Assembly (NCBI RefSeq): GCF_028641065.1
Contig: NC_073388.1
Coordinates: forward strand, 24,304,001-24,368,000
Source: Leucoraja erinacea
Taxonomy: Eukaryota
Direction: 5' to 3'
Length of the DNA stretch: 64,000 nucleotides
Part shown: positions 11,201 through 23,200 of the stretch, in pieces
How the letters are laid out: every line of letters begins with the position of its first letter
Position numbering within the stretch: position 1 is the first letter of the stretch
Notes under the pieces: model-generated
Databases searched by the model: none
What the model was told of the DNA's origin: nothing
The model's input: the letters and a program-made list of their open reading frames with translations, nothing else
Program-made: the position numbers and the translations under genes

Positions 11201-14200
11201 GAACCATTCATCCTTGAGTCTGAGGGATTGCTTAATAAAATAGGCCAGCAAGCACCATGGGGATGGATGAACAACTGTTAGTATGGTTTAGGACATGTGC
11301 AGCAGAGTTTTAGATGATCTAAAGTTGAGATAAACTAGTTCGCGGGAGTTCAGGTGCATTTGTATTGGAATTATTATATCTTATGGCAACAAGGGAGGAA
11401 ATAAAATTGTTCAATTGTAGATTACTAGAAGGAAAGCTGGAGTTAGACAATGTTATAGAGGCAGAAACAGATGGCATGGATAAGTAGTGCAATACATAAC
11501 TCTGAGACAAACATGAGTCCGAGCTTGTGAATAGTCTAGTTCTGTTTCAGAAGAATTACAACAGATACTATTCATCTGCAGAGGTCCATCTTGGTTGTAA
11601 GCATAATGTTGATCCCATTTACTTGACAGAAGGGACATTCTGTTCTATGTTGCAGCTATCAAGAGCAAATATTGTGACGTGCGTACCTGCCAAACTGAAC
11701 AAACGTTCCGGGTGGGAAATATGCAGTGTAGCAGCCACCTGAATACTGCTCTGCACACCAGTCCTTCTCTTCATAATGAACAGCCTGGCAGAAATAAAAG
11801 TTAATCTTGTCATTACCTGTAATCAGGGACGGCCTTAAGCCGATTGGACCGATTGCTCCCAATTGTCCCCGCGATTAAGGGGACCCCGCGCCAGAGTAAT
11901 CTAATCTCGGCTAGGGTAGATCTACCCCGGGTGGAGGGGGGAGAGAGGGGCGGAGAGAGAGTAGAGGGGTGTGAGGGGGAATGGAGAAGGAGGAGATGGG
12001 TCGTTCGCTCACGGCAGCGCTCCCACCCCTCCAGTCGCCGTGCTTCACACACACAGCCCCGGCTCCACCCCTCTCTCTCCCCGGGGAGATGCGGTGAACA
12101 ATACACGGAGGGCCAGCCCGGGGTTAGGAGCAACGTTTACAAACATCGGCCTCAACTCCCACTTGTCCGCCCAGACCCCGGCATCTGCTCCCGCCGCCGG
12201 CCCTCTCCCTCCCTTCTCTCCTTCCCTCCCTCCTTCCTCTCTCTTTTCCCTTCTCTCATTCGCTCCATCCCTTCTTTCTCTCCTTCCCTCCCTCCTTTCT
12301 CTACTTCCCTCCCTCCCGTCCTTCCTCCCTTCTCTCCCTCCCTCCCACACACACATAACGCACAGACAACTAACACACACATCTAAGTTAGGATGGGGTA
12401 GAAGCCCAAAGGGTAGGATGGGGCTGAAGCCCAAAATTTAATGCCTGGACTGGTTTTTCACCAATGGTTATTGGTTTTCCAGGATCTATTTAATTAAATT
12501 ACTTTTTTTTTCATTTCAGTCACTAAAACAAGACGTATTGTAACTATATACTTTTCAGAGCTGATCTACACATTTTGTTTGTTACTTGTAGGCTTACATG
12601 TATACAATTTTATATTAAAATGTAGCTTAGATCTGTTTGGTCCACTAAGTCGCATGCACTTTTTAAACGCACATTTTGATTATTTTCCATTCTACCATAG
12701 AGATATCAAGTCTACAATAGACTTTAATTATATTTCTATTAATCTACAGACCTTGGCTGGGAACCTGGGGCTCACCAAAATTGTTCCCAATTGGGCCACG
12801 CACCTCCTAAGGCCGGCCCTGCATGTAATAATAACAACAGATGTATGTGGGCACTCAACTTCTGTGTAGGCACTCAATTAATTTTCTGAGCGCATAATAT
12901 GAACATAATTTTTGAATATTCTTTGAACAATAGTCATTGTAAGGCATGAACCAACTGGAGAAAATGGTGACCATATTACCGAGGGAAGGACAAACAAGAA
13001 TAAAATTACCAATTTTATAATGAGACTGCTGTTGGGCCTTTGTCATGGAGTCATACGAGTCGAAAAGGTACCCCTCAGGTTCCTATTAAATCTTTTCCCC
13101 TTCACCTTAAACCTATGTCCTCTTGTTCTCCATTCGCCTCTGGGGGAGACCCTGTGCACTTGCCCAAGAATCAATGGCAAGTGACAAGCAGATCAATATT
13201 TGTTTTTGGCCCGTGGATGTACGAGTGGCATTTTCAAAAGTGAATCCCAACCCCAACCCCCCTCACCCTTCTTTAGAAAGTGCTTACATACAGGGCTTCC
13301 TCTGTTCCCAGAACTTTTGCGTAAATCTGGCAAATTCTTTTCTTCCTGAAAAAGAAACAAGACTTTGTGCCAAAAATCTCAACTAAAAAAATCACTAGGT
13401 TAAAACCGTGGCATAAAATATCACAGCCATTGGAAATCTGATATAAATCAAAGGATGGTAGAAAGAGAAAGACAGGCAGCTTCTGTGGAGAGAGAATTGC
13501 TGTTTCATCAGCAAAGTTTTTAAGATGGAGCAGATGGGGGGGGGGGGAATGGCAGAGAGAGCAAAAGGAACACTAGAGTCGGGATATGGGAGGAAAAGTA
13601 GGGGAGAATAAATAACAAAAATGGCTGTAAAGTGAATTAAAGGAGCATAGTAAAGACATATATTGAATAATAAGTGGGTTTTGAGATGATGAAATTAGGA
13701 GGAGGAATACAACATTTGAAGAGACCAGAAGGAGGGAAATAAAAACTGTGAATGTAGGAAATATAATATACAAAGGCAGGAATAGTGGTAATAATCTGAA
13801 ATTGTTGAATTCAGTGTTGTCCTAAGAATTGTAATGAGCCTGGTGAAAAGGTAAGGATGTATATCAGAGTGGATTTGGGAGAGTGAAGTGAAAAACTAAA
13901 GTGACACAAGTCTTGAAACTCAGGGAAGTCCTTGCGCATTGCAAAGAGGTGTTCTGAAAAGTTGTCACCTTATCCATGTTTGTTTGTTTTTAGTGCAAAC
14001 ACAGCATTAACAACAAATGAAGATCATATAGGTGAGCATGCCATGAAGATTTTGGAATGCCAAGAAATGAAGGGATATGGGGCAGGAAAGTGGTGCTGAG
14101 GGAGGGTTACACGGGAACAGGTTCAAGGATCTGACTAGTAGAACAGGAAAAGGCTCACTGGTCTGTTTAGTTGCAAATCAGTTTTATTGGCAAGAGAGGA

Positions 14201-17200
14201 CAAAAACAATCTCTCTCCCCCCCTAAATATAGCTCTACCGGCCAAAGCCCAGTGGGCTTTAAACATAGGTTAATTAAACATACAAGGTTAATTCCTGGGA
14301 AGACTGAGATATTTATATGCTGAGAGAATGGAGCAGCTGGGCTTGTACACTCTGGGGTTTAGAAGAATGAGAGGGTATCTCATTGAAACATATAAGATTG
14401 TTAAGGGCTTGGACACGCTAGAGGCAGGAAACATGTTCCCGATGTTGGGGGACTCCAGAACCAGGGGCCACACAGTTTAAAACTAAGGGGTAAGCCATTT
14501 AGAACGGAGACGAGGAAACACTTTTTCTCACAGAGAGTGGTGAGTCTGGAATTCTCTGCCTCAGAGGGCAGGGGGGAGGCAGGTTCTCTGGATGCTTTCA
14601 AGAGAGAGCTAGATAGGGCTCTTAAAAATAGCGGAGTCAGGTAGATATGGGGAGTGGGCAGGAACGGGGTACTGATTGGGGATGATTGGCCATGTTCACA
14701 TTGAATGGTGGTGCTGGCTCGATGGGCCGAATGGCCTACTCCTGCACCTATTGTCTATTGACCACAATGCTATGGGTCACAGACTGTTCTGGAAAATTCT
14801 CGTATAACAGGGAGAGGGTAGGCCAGGTTGTTATTGAACAGTGAAGTAAACACAGGAGGCTGAATGTCCAACTCCTGCTTCCAATTTTTTTTTCTCTAAT
14901 GCTTTAAGCACAAATAAATTTGCACTGCATGTGGAGAGATGTTTTGAACCATGGAATTGGTTCCTCGAAATTGGAACTGCTTCCCTTCCAATTTAAGTTG
15001 GAAGGGAGGAGGTTAACAGACATTAGTTGCAAATCCTCTGATTGCATGGTACTGGATGTTGGTGCAGCTGGAAAAGTGGAGCAGATTCCTGGTCCTCGTG
15101 AAATGCTTAAAAAGGGGGCATGGGTGCACGGTAGATTATGGCCCAAGGGTGAGGACTCCAGAAATGATGATGATTTATCAACGTACATGTTGGTTTGGTG
15201 GATGGTGAGGAGAAGAGCTCATGAGAGCACGAGAAATGCAGACAATGAAACAGGCACGGGTGATGGCCCACTTAACCCAAGATTGAAGAGAAAGCAAGAT
15301 ACAACAGAAGCGGTATTGTGGAAGGTGGCATTGTCAGAGCAAATGTGGTGGAGAAGAACATTTGCAGAATGACATGGAGTCCTTATAGAAACAGGGCAGA
15401 AAGAAATGTAATGTTAAATGTTGTGTCGCTAAGCTGTCACTTTTAATTTTCCATCCCACTGACTTCTCCATTTGTAGCTTCCTACACCATCTCAACAAAG
15501 CTCAATGTAAGCTTTGCACTCCTGTCTGGGCACGTTTATAACTCTTGTGACAAGGTCGAATTCAACTTTTTAGAAAACCGGCTACTTTCATTTTGTAATG
15601 AAAACAAATCATTTACCTGCAATATTGACTGCCACATATATCTGTTGAAGCAGTTAATGGAGGGCCAAAACATACACGGGGGGCGATGAAGTGAGGGGAC
15701 TGGGTAGAAAGTAGAAGAGTGGGAAAAATTAATGTGGGAAAATTAAAGTAATTTAAAGTTGTGGATTCCATGGATTTCATTAAAGGCTCCGTGGTTTCAT
15801 CTAACTGATTAATTTTTTTTAAAGGTTTACTCAATATTTTAATTTTTAACGTTAAGCTCATATTACAGGAGTGAAGGTCAAACTGGGCAGTATCTGACCT
15901 GGAACAGTGGTCTGGAATACTTAAGGTAAAACTGAAAGCTATTTTCACACCTCTCCTGATAAACTTTACAACCACAATCCCAGTGGATAATAGGGGTCGA
16001 GGAAAGAGCATTGACGTCGCGGCCCTGTTTCCACCACTCACAAGAAGCACAAGCAGTGCAAGACGCCATTGTATACAGATGTCGAGAAGTGTGTCAGCTC
16101 TGGCTGAACAATGTCTAATCTAGTGATCTGAACTCGATAAGAAGTGGATAATATGCTATTTGCACTAATATGTGAAGAATCACTCAATTAATTGCTCTTT
16201 AATTTACAGAACCATTGTGGAATAAAGCCATTTATAATGCTCACAATTTTAATAAAAGATGGAAGCACATGGAATGTTGTTGCACGCTCTCATTCCTGTT
16301 TCTAAACAGTGTTCTACAGGGGAATTTTGCCAACAGTACTGAAAACGGTTAAGATCACCCTCATTAAACACTGGAGAACATTTGTAAAGCCTTTCTTTAC
16401 ACGTCAGTTGATTTAAAACAAAATTATATAAGGTGACACAATATCAGATCAAATATTACAACACCCACCTCTCTGCTTTGGTGAGATCAAGCAAGAGTCG
16501 AGCCTTCCTCGCCAGTATAAACCTAGAAATAAATAGCAGTGTTCAAATAAAACATAATAATCCAGCTCTTGATCAATGGGAGGCAACTGATATCTGGCAT
16601 CTGACATCAAGATAAACGGCAGATGCAGGAATCTGATTTTTGCATCTGGGTTTGCTAAATTTCAGGAATTGGTTCCTCTTTTTCTTAGAGTTTAACAATA
16701 TAAGAGTCAATTTCATTAACACAAATAATTTGACAGGGATTGACAGAATAGATACTGTTTCTATTAGCCAGAGCATCTAATTCTGGGGTGGGGATGGTGG
16801 TGGGCGAGGCGTGGCTGTCTCAGGACAAAGAAAACCAGTTAGAAGAGAGACACAAGGGACTTCTGGAATCTGGTGTTAAAAAAAAACCCAATCTGCTGGA
16901 TAGCAATCAGTGAGTTGAGCAGCATCTGTGGGTGGAAAGGAATGTTTGACACATCGGGTCGAAACCCTGCATCAGGACTGAGAGTGGAGATGGCCAGCAC
17001 TGAGAGGAGAGAGAGGGAGATGTGTGGCCTCTTTGTTTGTACCCCACAGATTTGCTCGATGCATTGATTTCCTCTAACAGATTTGTGAATGCTAAAGAGG
17101 GATCATGTCTTTTGTGTAAATTATGTTAAATGTTTGGGTTGTGAAATGCTCAGTGAATGCATAAATTCATGCTGAGACGTTCAGATTTATGGACACAAAA

Positions 17201-20200
17201 TGAATCAAGGGAATAGAATAGGGGAGGAAAGTGATCAAGCATACAGTAGAATTATCCATAATTGTAAATAGTGACAGGGTCATCTCAATACTCCTTTTCC
17301 TATTTCTTATATTTTTAAAAGTTGTAGAAATGAAATGATTGAAATGATTCAATTTATTGTCATTGTCAGTGTACAGTACAGAGACAACGAAATGCATTTT
17401 TAGCATCTCCCTTGAAAGGGAGACACAGGGCGTCGCGGTGTGCCCGCGCCTGCCGCCGTAACATTCCATTACAGGCAAAGGTGGGTGAAGTGTCTTGCCC
17501 AAGGACACAACGACAGTATGCACTCCAAGCGGGATTTGAAAATGTTACCTTCCGGTGCCAGCCGAACTATTAGCCCAATGCTATCTGTAAAGGGTATGTT
17601 AATGGTTTGTATATGGCAAAGTACATTCAACAAATTTGAAACTAAATGTGGTTAAAATGTTAGGTGCAAGATATGACAATGCTTCAAAGGCTAGAATAAT
17701 AAAGAATTAATTAATTTTTATGTGTTTTACAGGATTTGGAGTCCACGGTTCCCCTTGAACATTTACATATGTGGGAAAGTATCAGGATAGTAGAGATCCA
17801 GATACACTTGCTAAAACATTTTTTGACAAGCCCACACTCAACCTACCCTCACGTAATTTAATGCATATCTGTATGAAAAGGGATGTCAGAACAGACGTAC
17901 TGTTCTTGTCCAGATTTAATGTCCAGTGACTTAAAATACCCTCTCACATTTTATTTTCTTTCAGCTATCTAAGCGCTCTGGAATTCCCTTCCTATAACAG
18001 GCCCTTCGGTCCAACTTGCCCAGGTCGAACAAGATGCCCCATCTATACTACTCCCACCTATCCATGTTTGGCCCTTATCCCGAAAACCTTAAACCCTTCC
18101 TATTCATGTACCTGTCCAAATGTCTTTTAAAATGTTGTTATAGTACCTGCCTCAAATACCTCTTCTGGCAGCTCTTTCCATAAATCCACCACCCTCTGTG
18201 TTAAAGAGTTCCTCTTCAGTTGATCCTATCTTTTACCTCTCACCTTAAACTTATGTCCCCAGGTTTGGGTAAAAGATCATTTATTTTCCTCATGATCTTA
18301 TCCACCTCACCCTCCTGTGTTCCATGGTATAACATCCTAGCCTGCTCATCCTTTCCCTATAACTCATGCCCTCAAGTCTGGACAACATCCTTGTAAGTCC
18401 CATCTGCACTCTTACCAGTTTAATGACATCCTTCCTAGAGCAGGGTGACCAAAGCTGAACACGATACTCCAAATGCAGCCTCCCCAACATCCCGTACAAA
18501 AATATATATATTTTAGATTGATTATTAAAAATAAAAATGCATGCCATGACTTGCAATTGACAACATTTCAGGAAACCCCCTACTCATAATAAACTCCACA
18601 GCCTTGGCTACATTTGCAGTCATCTATTTATTACTCAATGACTTCTCTGCATTAGCTAGTAATCGGTATAGTTACTACATTGTTCCCATGCTTTGAGAAT
18701 TTGCTGCACTAAATTCAATCCCTTTAACATAAAACGATATATTGCATTGTGCATTTCCTCAGCTCTGTGAACTATACCCCATAATTGCAGGATGTGAACC
18801 ATCAGGCTTGGTGTCATCCAGTGTCATGGAAATAGGTGACTCCTCATCTTCGATCATCATGGTTCCACAGAAACCTGTCACAAAAATCATGGTTTATTGT
18901 AGGCCATTAGGAAATATTTTGTGGTAGAATACAACCACTTTAGAATGCAGGCCTGATAAATACTGCTTCCTTAGAATCACAGATTCTGTTCAGCACTGGG
19001 CTGAAGAGAACTAATGAAACAGACTGCATAAGGTTAGCACTTCAACTCCCCCTCCCATTTCCAATCCAACCTCTCTGTCTTGGGTCTCCTCCATTGCCAG
19101 AGTGAGCAACAGCGGAAATTGGAGGAACAGCACCTCATATTCCGCCTGGGGACCTTGCGTCCGGATGGCATTAACATTGAATTCTCTCAATTTTGCTAGC
19201 CCTTGCTGTCTCCTCCCCTTCCTTAACCCTCTAGCTGTCTCCTCCCACCCTCCTATCTGCCCGCCCTCGGGCTCCTCCTCCTCCCCTTTTCCTTCCTTCT
19301 CCCCCCCCACCCCCCATCAGTCTGAAGAAGGGTTTCGGCCCGAAACGTCGCCTATTTCCTTCGCTCCATAGATGCTGCTGCATCCGCTGAGTTTCTCCAG
19401 CAATTTTGTGTACCTGCATAAGGTTACGTTGTTACTGGATCATTTACTGATGCTCAGTGAAGTATTGACTTCACTCAGGGTTGAAAGGATAAACAAAGAA
19501 TGTTTCCAATGCATCTATCTATTGAGACTTAAGAACAAAGAAAAACTGCAGAGGCAGAAAATGTGAAAGAAAATAATTCTGGAAAGAAATTTCCCAGTAA
19601 ACTGGGAAAAGTAAAACATCAAGCATGCTTTAATTGCAGAGAACAGGGAAGGGTGGAATGAACAACATGTCTTTGATAGAATGGAGACTAATGATATAAG
19701 GCATGCAGCACTATTTGAGAGAGGGTGGCGAAGACTCTTTAATCCCCACTGAACTATATGGAGGAAATGCAAATAATAATTGAATAAAACACAAAACTTT
19801 TACATGAAATCTGAAATAATAAAAATCCTGGAAGTACTCAGAATATACAAGGGAAAATGTAAAGAGAAGCATTAATGTTACAAGTTTTCATAGAAGTGGC
19901 CAGTTCTGATAAAAACTGGTAAAGCCAGTTATCAGAAATAGTTCAATTCAGTTTTGAGTTACAAAAGATATAAAGTGCATTTCCAACATCTTTTGTCATT
20001 AACTTAAATTCAAAGAGCCCAACACAATACATGGATTCACACATGCAAGAAAATACTTTAATGTGGTAAAATACCCTCAAGCACTTAAAAGGATCAAAGT
20101 CAATCAACAATGTCGAGTCACATTAGAGGTTATTAGATCAAATAAGTTGTAGAATATTCAAAATATACATACATTAAAAACAAGGGTAATCAGGGAGGTT

Positions 20201-23200
20201 GGGAATTTGTGCTTTGTCAGATGATGTGAGTTTGTACTAAACAAGTACGTTGCATCTGTATTCACCAAGAAGGGCATTGAGGACAGTAAGATCAGTGTGG
20301 ACAATACTGACATGCAAGGGCAGTTTGAAATCAAGGTGTTTGAGCTCCTGAAGAACATTAAGGTAGATAAACCTTTGATGATAGGATCTATCCCAGATTA
20401 TTAAGTGAGGCAAGAGGGAAGAATGCAGGAGCCTTGTCAACAATCTTTGCATTCAAGCACAGGTCTCTGAGGGCTGGTGAGCAGCTAATGCTCCTTTGTT
20501 TAAGAAGGGAGGTAGGGGGAATCCAGGCAATTATAAGCCGGTGAGCCTCACGTCAGAGGTAGAGAAGCTATTGGAGAGCATCTTCAGGAGAGGATTTACT
20601 CCCATTTGAAAGCGAATACTACTGAAGGCCAGTCAGCATTGGCTTTGTACAAAGCAGGCCGTGTATTACTAACAATAGAAATGTTTTGAGTAGGTGACAA
20701 AGAAGATCAGTGAGAATAGGGCAGTGAATGTTGTTTACATGGATTTTTAATAAGGCTTTTAATAAAGTTTCCCCTTTGTAGGCTGATCCAGAAGATTAAG
20801 ATACACGATTCATACAGGTTTGGCCACACGGATTCAGAACTGGCTTACTAATTGAAGAGCAGTGATGGTTTGGCAATTATATTCCTGTTCAATTTTTATT
20901 GCAAACAAAATATTGCAGAGAGCAAAACTTAAAGTTATTAATTTTTCATACACTTGATTTATGCAAAGATATAATTTAAATCAATGGGCAATGATAAATA
21001 TTTTATGTGTAGGAAGGAACTGCAGATGCTGGTTTATAAAGATAAGACACAAAATGCTGGAGTAACTCAGTGGGACAGGCATCTCTGTATAGAAGGAATG
21101 GGTGATGTTTTGGGTCGAGAAGAAGAGCCTCGACCCGAAATATCATCCGTTCCTTCTATCCAGAGATAAATACTTTATACTAGTTACGTACCATATATAA
21201 AAGCCCCTATTACCTGCTGTAGTTAACCTAAAAGGCTCCATAGCATTACTTCAACAAGATTAGTGAGCTTTCTCTTGTCCAGCCACATCTTACAGTGCCC
21301 ATAGCTGATTATCTGGTTAGCTATTTGTGGAAACCATAGCAGTCTATATTTCAAAAGTAATCTATTATCTGTGAATATTTGAGATTTTCCATGGACTTAA
21401 CTACTAAATAATGGCTGTTTATTTTTCTAAATCAGCATTTTTTTTTCCATCTTTTTGAGGGTTTTGGACTGTGTCCATTTCTAATTAGTCTGCATCACTC
21501 GACCCATACAGACCTTTCTCCTTCCAGAATGGCTGGTTGTAGTAGACCATGCATTTAATGATGGAGCCCATCGGCACCCGCTGAATCAACTGGTTACGAA
21601 GCGGAGGCACTGGAGGACTGAAGTGGATTTGCTGGGTGAGGGCGGGAGGAATAGCACAGATGACATAATCTGCCTGAAGAAACCAGACAAAGAATTAACC
21701 AGAGAGTAATTGGTGCCATTCTGTACAAGACAAATATATCTCAAAAAATCGAAGCAATGCAGAATGAGAAGTTATAATAAAAGGTGTACCCGGAAGTGGT
21801 GTACACATGCAGGCGTGTGTCCAATTTCATCCACGACAAACATTATTTATACTCGTTCAAATTGATTTTCATTTGCATGATGCTGAAAACCTAGTCTTGA
21901 GAGATGTATGAAGGCTGCAACCTTCAACATGAACATACACGGTCAAGCCACAATGTATAAAATGGTTCTGTTGCAGAATTTACTGCACTACTACCAAAGT
22001 TATTGTAACGTGGGATTTTCCTGAACTACATTGATGATACGCTGTGTGTCGTCAGGGATGACGCAGGGTTCAACGGTGACCACATCGACACTCACAGCAG
22101 GATGAACGTGATTTATTCTATTTACAGTGGTAAAAATGCCCCTCACTGTCAGAGTGCACGTGCCATGATGCTGACGATCTGAGGCTTGACCCAGCATCTT
22201 AGTCCTGGTCTTCGAAAGAGGAGGTTTGGCGAGCTAATAGCGCTTTCTCACGGGGCGACTTGAAGCAAGAGGTAACCAGAGTTGAACATCGTGGGAACCT
22301 CGTACGATAACCGTACTGCATTCGTGGGCCACCGTGGACCACCGTGGCGCTAACGGCAGGTACTCGTGTAACTTGTTGACTCGGGAGAAAATTCAAGCAA
22401 GCTTGAATTTCTCCAAGAGTGACTTGTACACTTGTGGTTGAACATTGAAACATTATATGGACGTAGTGGCCAGTGCGATATCCGTTATAACTCTTGCGTT
22501 TACCGTGGGAACTCCTGCGAACGGTGAACCCGGAAGCTGGACAGAGGGGGCAGAAGGCGAGTAAAAAAGGTGGTCCAGTTATCCCTCGAACGTTGAGAAT
22601 TATTTATGTAGTCTTTAACCGTTTGAGTTTTAGTTTATTTTAGTTGTTGGCCACTCACCATTTGGTGTGACATCTAGAGTCCTTTATAAATGTCTGTATG
22701 GTAATGTGTGTTTTTTCCTCTTGGGCATTACTTTGTTTCTGTTGGAGGCTCCACATTTTATTATAGCCTGAAGTGTGATAAAGCTTTTAACTCAGCAGTT
22801 TGATTGTCAGTGCTTGTTTACCTCATTGTTAAATAAATATATATTTTTACTATCAGATTGATGTCTGCAATTCTTCATTAACACATACTACAAGATGAAT
22901 GTCTCTAATGTTATAATCCCTCTCATGCTGAAACACAAAATAGTTAAAGGGAGGTGATATAATCACATTTTCATTCTTTTTCATTTTTGAGTGTTCAGGA
23001 CCCTCAATTGCTGAGCTATTTAAACGTTTGAAAGTTTCACCTCTCAGTAGATAATAAAATAAGACAATCATCACCGTCAATGTGAGACAAAGTCTTTATT
23101 CCTATTTGACAATATAAAAAGACGACTTCTTGCACATATTGAGAGACGGTGCATCACACCAAACAACATTTGTCTAAAAAAGGGCTTCGCAAACATGAAA

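Noticed and set aside
11813-12441. Several overlapping 100-180 aa ORFs
   Set aside because: They arise from the GC/CT-rich low-complexity interior of the hAT element.
15613-16069. 145-aa minus-strand ORF in MAO intron 10
   Set aside because: No homology recognised, GTG start, and it is not needed for the MAO reading frame.
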